NCBI GenBank assembly: GCA_024682455.1
Contig: JAIKZF010000044.1
Coordinates: forward strand, 4,392-68,391
Length of the DNA: 64,000 bases
Reading direction: 5' to 3'
DNA from: Ruminiclostridium sp.
Lineage (GTDB): Bacteria; Bacillota; Clostridia; Oscillospirales; Ruminococcaceae
Translations under genes and position numbers: made by a program
Notes under the pieces: model-generated
What the model was told of the DNA's origin: nothing
What the model saw: the letters and a program-made list of their open reading frames with translations, nothing else
The model's database searches: none
In this document: positions 56,095 through 64,000 of the stretch, piece by piece
Layout of the letters: each line of letters starts with the position of its first letter
Position numbering within the stretch: the first letter of the stretch is position 1

Positions 56095-56867
56095 CTGCGT
56101 TTACCTCCCTTCGGGCGTCTCGGGGGCGTAGGACCTCCGACAGCTGTGCGCAGAGCCCTCAGCTCCTGTTCTGTCAGATCAGCGTAGGCTCCGGGCCGCA
56201 GCATACCGAGCTTCACGCCGCCGACAGCGGTGCGCCTCAGGCGCTTTACGGTAAGCCCCACGGCTTCGCACATACGGCGTATCTGGCGGTTCTTGCCCTC
56301 ATAAATCGTGAATTCGAGAACAGTGCGCTCCGGCTCGTCAGCCTTTACCGTGACGACGCAGGGAGCCGTAACAACGCCCTCATCTATCTCAACGCCCGCC
56401 ATGAGCGTATTTATCATGTCCTCCGAGACCTTCTCCGCCACGGTGACGCGGTAGGTCTTTGCTATATGCCTGCGCGGGTGCATGATGTCGTTTGCGAGCT
56501 GACCGTCGTTTGTGAGCAGCAGCAGCCCTTCCGAGTCCTTGTCGAGCCTTCCGACGGGGTAGACCCTCTCCGGGATATCCTTTATCAGCTCGGTCACCGA
56601 CTTCCTGCCCAGCTCGTCGGACATGGTTGTGACATAGCCCCGTGGCTTATACAGCTTTATGTAGCGCAGAGCCGTGGGTTCCGCGCTTATCTTCTCGCCG
56701 CAGACGGTTATCAGGTCGCTGCGGGGGTCTGCCTTGTCTCCGAGGCTCACGGGGTGACCGTTCACCTTTACCTCGCCGTCGGCGATGAGCTGTTCGGCCT
56801 TGCGGCGCGAGCAGTACCCGCTGTCGGCTATTATTTTCTGGATCCTTACAAGCTCCATATCTGTCAT
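56091..56867 (-). CDS. rluB: rRNA pseudouridine synthase (RluB/RsuA family)
   Basis: S4 domain RIQK...SRRKAE; VGRLDKDSEGLLLLTNDG; EGKNRQIRRM. Confidence 0.92.
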   Translation of the reverse strand: MTDMELVRIQKIIADSGYCSRRKAEQLIADGEVKVNGHPVSLGDKADPRSDLITVCGEKISAEPTALRYIKLYKPRGYVTTMSDELGRKSVTELIKDIPERVYPVGRLDKDSEGLLLLTNDGQLANDIMHPRRHIAKTYRVTVAEKVSEDMINTLMAGVEIDEGVVTAPCVVTVKADEPERTVLEFTIYEGKNRQIRRMCEAVGLTVKRLRRTAVGGVKLGMLRPGAYADLTEQELRALRTAVGGPTPPRRPKGGKRR

Positions 56868-58009
56868 TCCTTTACGAAAGCGGTCATAAACCCGCCGTTC
56901 AGTATATTTTTCAGCCAGTCGAACATACCGCGTGACGGCTCCTCGCGGCTAACGCTCCCGAATGCCGTCAGCGCCACGCGCTCCAGCAGCCGTCCGTCAA
57001 GGTACACGTCCGCGCGCCCGAGCCTGTCGCCCTTCGATACCTCGGCGTACACGAAATCGGGTACGGTGTATTTTACGGATATCCGTCTTGCTTCCTCAGC
57101 CGTCAGACCGAGAGCAAGCTCCTCCTCCGGCACGATAGAGACCGTTCTTTCCGTGCCTCCCACCACCTCGGCTGAGAAGGAGTTCAGTCTTATGCTGTAT
57201 CTCCTCATTCCCTCAAAGCAGCTGTCGAGAAGCTTTCTGTGGTCGCTCCAGTCGTCCGGGGCGTTTAAAGTCACCGCTATCAGCGTGCAGCCGTTCCTTT
57301 CCGCCGCCGACACAAGGCATCTGCGTGCGTTGTCAGTAAAGCCTGTCTTTACGCCGATGCAGCCCTCGTACATACCCAGCAGCTTGTTGGAGTTGTAGAG
57401 CGTGCGCTTAGCGGGGGGATTGCCGAACTCGGTCACAATGGACGCGGAGCCGCAAATCCTGCGGAATTCCTCGTTTTTCAGCGCCTCGCGCGTAAGAACA
57501 GCCATATCGTAGGCTGTGGAGTAATGTCCTTCGGCGTCCAGTCCCGAGGGCGTCACAAAGTGCGTATCCTTCATTCCGAGCTGTGCGGCGCGCCTGTTCA
57601 TCAGCTCCGCGAAGCCGCTGAGGCTCCCGGCTATGCTGACTGCGGCGGCGTTCGCGGCATCGTTGCCCGAGGGCAGCAGCATACCGCAGCACAAAGCCCT
57701 GCGGGTGACAATGTCGCCCTCTTTGAGCCCCATTGACGTGCCCTCGACCTTGATCGCGGTGCTGTCCGCGACGAAGAGCCTGTTCGGATCTCCCGCCTCC
57801 AGGGTCAGCAGAGCGGTCATTATTTTCGTCGTGCTCGCCATGGCGTGCTGCTTGTGGTCGTTCTTCTCATAGAGCACCGTACCCGTGTCGGCGTTGATGA
57901 CTACCGCGCACTCGGCGGAGATACCGGGAGAGTCGGGCAGAGCCGATACCGGCGTGTTCAGCATCACGAGCGCGGCTGCGAGAGCGGCTGTAACGGAAAT
58001 TATCTTCAT
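56864..58009 (-). CDS. dacB: D-alanyl-D-alanine carboxypeptidase (S11)
   Basis: ASTTK, SGN, KTG motifs; context next to ytfJ/scpB/rluB. Confidence 0.88.
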   Translation of the reverse strand: MKIISVTAALAAALVMLNTPVSALPDSPGISAECAVVINADTGTVLYEKNDHKQHAMASTTKIMTALLTLEAGDPNRLFVADSTAIKVEGTSMGLKEGDIVTRRALCCGMLLPSGNDAANAAAVSIAGSLSGFAELMNRRAAQLGMKDTHFVTPSGLDAEGHYSTAYDMAVLTREALKNEEFRRICGSASIVTEFGNPPAKRTLYNSNKLLGMYEGCIGVKTGFTDNARRCLVSAAERNGCTLIAVTLNAPDDWSDHRKLLDSCFEGMRRYSIRLNSFSAEVVGGTERTVSIVPEEELALGLTAEEARRISVKYTVPDFVYAEVSKGDRLGRADVYLDGRLLERVALTAFGSVSREEPSRGMFDWLKNILNGGFMTAFVKE

Positions 58010-58076
58010 ATATGTTCACCTCGCAGGTATTCTGTACCGCAGGGGCGGCACTTATACGGTGAACATTGACGGAAAA

Positions 58077-58499
58077 TTATTCCTCGGCGTTCTCGGTCAC
58101 GTCCGCAAGCTCCTCGGGAGCTTCCTCGCCGTCGCCCTTCTTGCCGAACATATTCTTCAGCTTGCCGATGAGCTCGGGAGCGCTTTCGATGATACCCTCG
58201 ATCGGGCTGGACTTGCCGCCGAGCTCAAGGATCTTCGAGTCGCCCTCCTTATTGATGACGATGAAAGCCTGGGGCTTGATAGAGATACCCGCGCCGGCTC
58301 CTCCGGCGAATACCTCCTTCGGGCTTGTCGAGGGGATATCCGAGCCTCCGGATACGAAGCCGAACGATACCTTTGAGATCGGTATTATAGTCGTGCCGTC
58401 CGGTGTGGAGATAGGCTTGCCGATGATAGTATCCACATCGACGAGCTCGCGTATCTTCTCCATTGAGGTGCTCATAAGTCCTTCAAGATGCTGTGCCAT
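58077..58499 (-). CDS. ytfJ: GerW/YtfJ family sporulation protein
   Basis: VDVDTIIGKPI...IIPISKVSFGFVSGG...GGAGAGISIKP. Confidence 0.9.
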   Translation of the reverse strand: MAQHLEGLMSTSMEKIRELVDVDTIIGKPISTPDGTTIIPISKVSFGFVSGGSDIPSTSPKEVFAGGAGAGISIKPQAFIVINKEGDSKILELGGKSSPIEGIIESAPELIGKLKNMFGKKGDGEEAPEELADVTENAEE

Positions 58500-58523
58500 A
58501 GTTTTCCTCCTGAATATTTGTCA

Positions 58524-59330
58524 TTACCTGCTTGCGGCAGGTCTTGCCTTTACGTTGTTTTTCCTCTTCTTTGCGGGTTTTGGCTTGCTGTTGTATTTCA
58601 GGTACGTTTTCAGTACCCTGACTCCCAGCCAGAGCGCCACTCCCAGCAGAGTAGATATCCGCAGCTTCATCGTGAGGTAGACGAAGATATCGTCCTTCTC
58701 CGCGCCGAAGTCCGCCTCTATATTTATCTCGCCAATTCTGGTATCGAGATATGTGGTCAGAAATTCCTGCGCCGAATATATCGCGGAGCACAGACCTCCG
58801 TATTTGAGAGCGGTCTTTGCCGCGTCGTCGGAGCCCACTAACCAGTCGATATACACGTCCCTTATCCTGATCTTTTTGAAAAGCCGCTTTATCGGCGGTG
58901 AAGCGCTTCTGACATAATCCATTATCATATCAGCGGAGAGCTTCATCTTCGGCTTTTTTGACTGCTTTCCGACCTTGTGTCCGGACTTTTTATCAGCCTT
59001 GCCGCTGTCCGCAGTCTCCGGAGCGCTGTCGGGAGCCTCGTCGGCTTTTTCGGAGCCGCTTTTGTCCGTTATCTCCGCTTTTTGGCGCTGCTTTTCGTCT
59101 TTTTTGCGCTGCTTTTCATCTTTTTTGCGCTGCTGTTCAGCCTTTTTCGCTTTTTTGCGCTTTCGCTTTTCGGCGGTCTTAGGGTCGAGCGGAGTTCTGT
59201 ACAGCGTGAAGCACAGTATCTTCACAGTGACCTCGGCGCCCTTCTCGTAAATTAGCTTCACCCGTATCGATTGCGCGAAAAGAATTATCAGGATAAGCAG
59301 GATAGAACCGAATATGATCCAGCCTGTCAT
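58524..59330 (-). CDS. DUF2953 (YtfI-like) protein
   Basis: N-terminal TM, Lys-rich linker, GSDDAAKTALKYG; directly upstream of ytfJ. Confidence 0.8.
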   Translation of the reverse strand: MTGWIIFGSILLILIILFAQSIRVKLIYEKGAEVTVKILCFTLYRTPLDPKTAEKRKRKKAKKAEQQRKKDEKQRKKDEKQRQKAEITDKSGSEKADEAPDSAPETADSGKADKKSGHKVGKQSKKPKMKLSADMIMDYVRSASPPIKRLFKKIRIRDVYIDWLVGSDDAAKTALKYGGLCSAIYSAQEFLTTYLDTRIGEINIEADFGAEKDDIFVYLTMKLRISTLLGVALWLGVRVLKTYLKYNSKPKPAKKRKNNVKARPAASR

Positions 59331-59352
59331 TATGCCTTACCTTTCCGGTATA

Positions 59353-60006
59353 TTATTCTTCATCGTCGTTGTTTGTCTCTTCATCGGATATCCCGCTGCC
59401 GTCATAGCCAGCGTCCCCGGTATCGGAGCTGTCGGGATAGCCCAGCTCACGCTCCTTTTCGAGCTCGGCAAGCTCGTCGAAATCGAGCTGACCGTCCTGG
59501 TCGGGCAGGGGAGGGAGCTCGGCGATCCTGCTGAGCCCGAAGCACCGCAGGAATGTGTCCGTGGTGCGGTAGGAGATAGGTCTTCCGGGCAGATCGAGCC
59601 GTCCCGCCTCTTCAAGCAGCCCTCGCTCACATAAGCTGTTTACCACGCTGCTGCTGTCTATGCCGCGCACCTGCTCCACGAAGGACTTGGTGACCGGCTG
59701 GTTGTATGCTACTATCGCGAGCACCTCCATAGCCGCCTGAGAGAGCGGCTGCTGACGCTTGGTCTCGAGAGCCTTCTTGATGTTGTCGGAGAACTCCCTG
59801 CGCGCGGCTATCTGGAAGCCGTTGTTTATCCGCAGTATCGTGAGCCCGCTCTCGCGGACGTTGTACTGTCTTTCGAGATGATCGACGAGCTTCACGGCGG
59901 TCTCCTCGTCCAGACCCGTAGCCTCTGCGAGCTTTTCCGGGCTTATCGGGTCGCCGTATGCGAACATCACAGCCTCGACCGCCGCGATGCCTTCCGCGTA
60001 ATTCAT
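59353..60006 (-). CDS. scpB: SMC-Scp complex subunit ScpB
   Basis: LSQAAMEVLAIVAYNQPVT...RGID...PGRP..YRTT..FL. Confidence 0.95.
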   Translation of the reverse strand: MNYAEGIAAVEAVMFAYGDPISPEKLAEATGLDEETAVKLVDHLERQYNVRESGLTILRINNGFQIAARREFSDNIKKALETKRQQPLSQAAMEVLAIVAYNQPVTKSFVEQVRGIDSSSVVNSLCERGLLEEAGRLDLPGRPISYRTTDTFLRCFGLSRIAELPPLPDQDGQLDFDELAELEKERELGYPDSSDTGDAGYDGSGISDEETNNDDEE

Positions 60007-60755
60007 TCCTCCGTCACCCCGCCTTCCGTTGTGCTTTCGTCATAGTTTTCTTCACGGTTTTCCGTTCCGTCGGACATTATTATCGTCTCGCCGTCCTCGG
60101 AGAACCTGACTCTGCCGCGCTTTGAGAGCTCCAGCAGCGCAAGGAACACCGCCACCTGCGCCGACCGGCTCTGACCCTTGTACAGCGAGCGCACTTCGAT
60201 CTCCTCGCCTGTGCGCAGCCGCCTCAGCACGAATATCAGCTTCGCGAACACGCTGACGTAGGATTGGGCGACTATCGGCTGAAGAACGAGCTTAGCGTCC
60301 TGCTTAAGCCGTCTGCTCTTTGTGCTTACCGCCGTATAGTTTTCCAGCAGCTCATAGCGGTCATGCCGTCCGCGGTAGATCTTGTCCACCGGTATGTCGA
60401 GCGGCTCGCGCACGAACACCGAATCGCCGACATAGTGCCTTTTCAGGCGCTCGGCGGCGCGCTTGCACATCGCGTACTCGATGAGCCGTCCGGAGAGCTC
60501 CTTCTTTAGCTCCTCGACCTCCTGCTTCGGCAGGAGCTCCGCGGTCTTGATGTATATGAGATGAGCCGCCATTTCGACGAACTCTCCCGCAACGTCGATA
60601 TCCGCCTGCTGCATCCTGTCCAGATAATCGAGGAACTGGTCGAGCAGTATGGATATCTCGATATCCCGGATATTGAGCTTATGCTTGCTTATCAGGTTCA
60701 GCATAAGGTCGAGCGGACCCTCGAAAATCTCCAGCTTGAAGCTTAATTCTTCCAT
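60003..60755 (-). CDS. scpA: segregation and condensation protein A
   Basis: FEGPLDLML.LI...FLALLEL. Confidence 0.95.
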   Translation of the reverse strand: MEELSFKLEIFEGPLDLMLNLISKHKLNIRDIEISILLDQFLDYLDRMQQADIDVAGEFVEMAAHLIYIKTAELLPKQEVEELKKELSGRLIEYAMCKRAAERLKRHYVGDSVFVREPLDIPVDKIYRGRHDRYELLENYTAVSTKSRRLKQDAKLVLQPIVAQSYVSVFAKLIFVLRRLRTGEEIEVRSLYKGQSRSAQVAVFLALLELSKRGRVRFSEDGETIIMSDGTENREENYDESTTEGGVTEE

Positions 60756-60756
60756 A

Positions 60757-61428
60757 TCAGCAGATGAACTTCGTGATCAGGTCAAGCAGGGAGTATATCG
60801 CGTCAGTTATGAACTGGAATGGTATCGACAGGATACCTGTGTACATCAGCACCAGCAGGCCTATCATGATATACTGCTCATAACGCATTATCGAGAAGTA
60901 GTATTTCTGCGGCAGGAAAGCGAAGAATACTCTCGAACCGTCGAACGGCGGTATAGGCAGCAGGTTGAATACGCCGTTGTACAGGTCGATCTGTATTATC
61001 AGCCCCAGCGCCAGTATGAGGTAGTAGAGTATCTCGGGTCCTCCGGCGTTGTACGATACGAGCAGAATTTTCTGTATTATCAGGAATACCAGCGACGAGA
61101 GCACGTTCGCCATGGGCCCCGCCGCGGCTGTCAGAGCCATGGCTGCCTTCTCGCTCTTTATCTTTGTGCACCTTCTAGTGTTGACAGGAACAGGCTTTGC
61201 CCAGCCCACACGGAATATTACGATGCCTATGGTACCGATCAGGTCGAGGTGCGCGAACGGATTCAGCGTGATGCGTCCCTGTCTTTCGGCGGTATCGTCG
61301 CCCAGCAGCTTCGCCGTGAGGGCGTGAGCGCTTTCGTGGAGCGGGAAGACGACGAACAGCATAACGAGTATGGAGAACGCGGTAAGTATAATTGTGAGCA
61401 TATTGCCCGACATCAAAGCACTTAACAT
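60757..61428 (-). CDS. site-2 protease (M50)
   Basis: HESAH, AAGP.AN, FNLLPIPPFDG. Confidence 0.92.
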   Translation of the reverse strand: MLSALMSGNMLTIILTAFSILVMLFVVFPLHESAHALTAKLLGDDTAERQGRITLNPFAHLDLIGTIGIVIFRVGWAKPVPVNTRRCTKIKSEKAAMALTAAAGPMANVLSSLVFLIIQKILLVSYNAGGPEILYYLILALGLIIQIDLYNGVFNLLPIPPFDGSRVFFAFLPQKYYFSIMRYEQYIMIGLLVLMYTGILSIPFQFITDAIYSLLDLITKFIC

Positions 61429-61614
61429 ATATGACCCCTATTCTTCAGCAAACAATATCTTTCTATATTATACTATATTCTATATTATTTTGCAAGTGTT
61501 TTTTTGATTTATACAAAAAACAGCCCCTTTTCCGGTATCAGACCGAAAAAGGGGATGTATATGTTCGCATCAGAAGCTGCAATGAACAACAGTGCGCAGA
61601 ACCGCATATCTCCG

Positions 61615-63888
61615 TTATTTCAGCTCCGTGAGCCAGCAGGTGAGGGAAACGGACTTATTATCCCACTTTGCCGTATACGAGAAATCGTTCCTGCCGTTTC
61701 TGCCTACCCTGAGCGTGCGGTTCATAACGACAGTAGACGACGATTCGGAGTTCACGTCGTAGATCTTCATCCTGAACACGTTGGGGTCGTCGAGGTCACG
61801 GCGCAGAGCCGTGAGCAGTACATATCTGCTGTAGCATTTGCCGTCGCTGTCCGACCAGAGCATCTTTGTGACTACCGGTGTACCCGCGGCGAGTATCTTC
61901 TCGGCTTTGCTGAGGTCGTTCTCGTTGTTGACCGCGAAGCTTGTGCCGGTATCGCGCAGAGCGTTGTAGCAATGTATCGCGCGTATCATCGCGTAGTCGT
62001 TCTCGCTGTACGCGGTGCGGAGCGTATTGGAGTTATAGTTCGGTACGAGTATCTCCGCCTGCTCCCAGCCCGCACCGGGCTCGCTGTACGGAATGGTAAT
62101 CTTCTGCCAGCCCTTGTTCTGAGCCTCGCTCGCGTCCTCGCCCTTTACGTGAAGTATCTTGCCTGTGCTTGCGAAATTGAGGTAGTTCTGCGGATTGAGC
62201 CACTGGGTCTGCATGGTCTGGAGAATTACCTTTCGCAGGGGCTCAGAGGTCATGATAGTGGTGCCCTCAAAGGTGTATGAGAGCTCCTTGCCGCTCTCAT
62301 ACTGTCCGGGCACGCGTCCGCGGAACCAGTCGCGGGCGAGCATTACCATACCGAAATCGAGGGTGGGGCAGTCCTTGGATTTGAAGTTGTAGAAGCTGAA
62401 CCCGTTCACGTCGGGATCGAAGCCCGTATCGTAGAGGGTATAGCTGTCGGGTTTGCCGTCGAAGTCGTCGTCTACGATATCGTCGTCCATGGACGCGATC
62501 ATCGTGGAGTACAGACCCTCAAGCACCTCGGCCTGTTCAAGCGGGTAATACTGACCGCCGGTGCTTGAGGCTATCCTCTGGAGCAGGTCGCGGTCTATCT
62601 CGTTTCCGAGGCTTATCGTGTTGATAGTGACGTTCTTCGCCTTTGCGAGAGACACGATATCGGACAGCGTGTAGCCCGCCGTGTCGGTGGAGATGCCGTC
62701 TGTCAGCAGGACAATGACGTTTCGTTCGCTGAGCGTGGACTCGTCGAATTCCGCGAGCCCGAGCATAAGAGCTCTTTCTACGCTTGTGCCGTCGAAGCCG
62801 GGTCCGAGGGTGCGTATCGACTGTATCGCATTGACTACGGTAGATCTGTCGGACTCAAAGCCGCACAGCTTCTTGAATTCGTACGTGAACGAGGATATCG
62901 AGAACTTCACCTGACCGCTGAGCGCTGTGACAAAATTCTGCGAAAAGGAGAGTCTCTTGAAGTTTACGTCGTTCTCCTTTGAGGTGGACTGTATCGCCTT
63001 TGAGTACATGGAGCCGGAGTTGTCTATCAGCAGGCTCACGTTCATCTGACCGCTCTTGTACGCCTCCGCCGAGGAGTAAATGGTCTTTTCCGAGCCCAGC
63101 AGGTATACGCCGTTCTCGGTGAAATTGCAGTATACCGTGTCGTTGTCGGTGAACAGGGCTCCTTCGATCTTGGAGTAATTCTTTGAGTAGGGGTCAAATT
63201 TGAAGACGCAGAGGTCAGCCGGTGTTATGCCGGCGAGCTCGGCTGCCTTGGTATCGAAGTTGAAGCTCAGCTTGCCTGCTTCAAAGTCTCCGCTGCAATG
63301 TATCTCGTACGGTGCGGAGATAACGCCGGCGTTGGCTGCTATGGAGCTCAGGGAGAGCTTGTCGACCGTGGCGTCGTAGATATTGCCGTGACCGGTAAGG
63401 GTGACCTTTCCGTCCGGGAACTCGATCTCCCTCACGAACGTTCTGTCGGAGTCCTTGGTTTTGCCGTCGCTGATGAGCGAGAGCGGGTCAAGCGCGGCGA
63501 GCACCTCGGTGCCGTCCTTAAGACCGTCGCCGTCGGAATCGGGATTGGTGGGATCCGTGCCGTATTCCTTTTCCTTGCTGTCGATGAGACCGTCGCCGTC
63601 GGAATCGGCGGCAATGAGGCTTGTTTTTGCGTAAGCCTCCTCCGAGTTCTTCACGCAGTCACCGTCCTGGTCGGCGTCTCCGTTAAGTTCCTCCGCGGAG
63701 TTGTATGTGGAAGGGTAGAATTTGTTGAAGTTGTAGCGCAGGGCGGCTGCACGGTTATCCTCGTTCGCCTTTACCGCAAGGTATACGAGTATCCCGATAG
63801 CGATGACAGCTGCCGCCGCTATGCCGATTATAACGGGTTTTGCCTTTGAGCCGTCCGTGGCTCGTGCCGAATATTTTCTGTTTGCCAT
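61615..63888 (-). CDS. membrane-anchored VWA protein with Ca-binding DxDGDG repeats
   Basis: N-terminal TM; DQDGD, DSDGDGL x2; MIDAS DNSGSM...GT...LLTDG; AAGGA RBS. Confidence 0.88.
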   Translation of the reverse strand: MANRKYSARATDGSKAKPVIIGIAAAAVIAIGILVYLAVKANEDNRAAALRYNFNKFYPSTYNSAEELNGDADQDGDCVKNSEEAYAKTSLIAADSDGDGLIDSKEKEYGTDPTNPDSDGDGLKDGTEVLAALDPLSLISDGKTKDSDRTFVREIEFPDGKVTLTGHGNIYDATVDKLSLSSIAANAGVISAPYEIHCSGDFEAGKLSFNFDTKAAELAGITPADLCVFKFDPYSKNYSKIEGALFTDNDTVYCNFTENGVYLLGSEKTIYSSAEAYKSGQMNVSLLIDNSGSMYSKAIQSTSKENDVNFKRLSFSQNFVTALSGQVKFSISSFTYEFKKLCGFESDRSTVVNAIQSIRTLGPGFDGTSVERALMLGLAEFDESTLSERNVIVLLTDGISTDTAGYTLSDIVSLAKAKNVTINTISLGNEIDRDLLQRIASSTGGQYYPLEQAEVLEGLYSTMIASMDDDIVDDDFDGKPDSYTLYDTGFDPDVNGFSFYNFKSKDCPTLDFGMVMLARDWFRGRVPGQYESGKELSYTFEGTTIMTSEPLRKVILQTMQTQWLNPQNYLNFASTGKILHVKGEDASEAQNKGWQKITIPYSEPGAGWEQAEILVPNYNSNTLRTAYSENDYAMIRAIHCYNALRDTGTSFAVNNENDLSKAEKILAAGTPVVTKMLWSDSDGKCYSRYVLLTALRRDLDDPNVFRMKIYDVNSESSSTVVMNRTLRVGRNGRNDFSYTAKWDNKSVSLTCWLTELK

Positions 63889-64000
63889 TCGGTGGTTTCT
63901 TCCTTTCGAGGGTATAATAAATTTATTATATCATATTCGCGGTCAACCGTCAATAAGCGGAAAGTAAATTAGTTTTTTTCGGCATTTCGTATAACGATGT

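Noticed and set aside
59082-59140. 21-bp tandem repeat (QRKKDEK) in the DUF2953 gene
   Set aside because: Ordinary slippage in a low-complexity charged linker.
56864-61428. Sporulation-named genes (ytfJ, dacB) beside scpAB
   Set aside because: Standard conserved Clostridia gene order.

Overview
64 kb of chromosomal DNA from a fibre-degrading Clostridia (Ruminococcus/Oscillospiraceae-like) bacterium; the taxon is inferred from a GH5 cellulase with a CBM37-like tail, an NPXTG-anchored surface protein, canonical sigma-A promoters and the ytfJ/dacB/scpAB cluster. No rRNA, tRNA, CRISPR array, prophage or transposase was recognised. Housekeeping content: glycerol-3-phosphate dehydrogenase-like triad, GH13, glgP, queH, a four-subunit 2-oxoacid:ferredoxin oxidoreductase, polA, rsmE, GTP-type PEP carboxykinase, a zinc ABC operon and scpA-scpB-ytfI-ytfJ-dacB-rluB. 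Most unusual elements: (1) a convergent pair of pseudokinase genes, one a membrane receptor with extracellular LRRs and the other a 1555-aa soluble protein fusing pseudokinase-TPR, Clp-type AAA, receiver-like domain, FtsH-type AAA and M41 protease; (2) a sortase-anchored protein with four cohesin-like modules; (3) tandem hybrid histidine kinases, one ending in a DegV fatty-acid-binding domain; (4) a Fur/Zur protein lacking its usual His motif, followed by a small Cys/His-rich protein; (5) a 238-bp MITE-like element that duplicated a 26-bp terminator and shares its core with a repeat 21 kb away. All domain calls are by-eye motif recognition; no database search was run.
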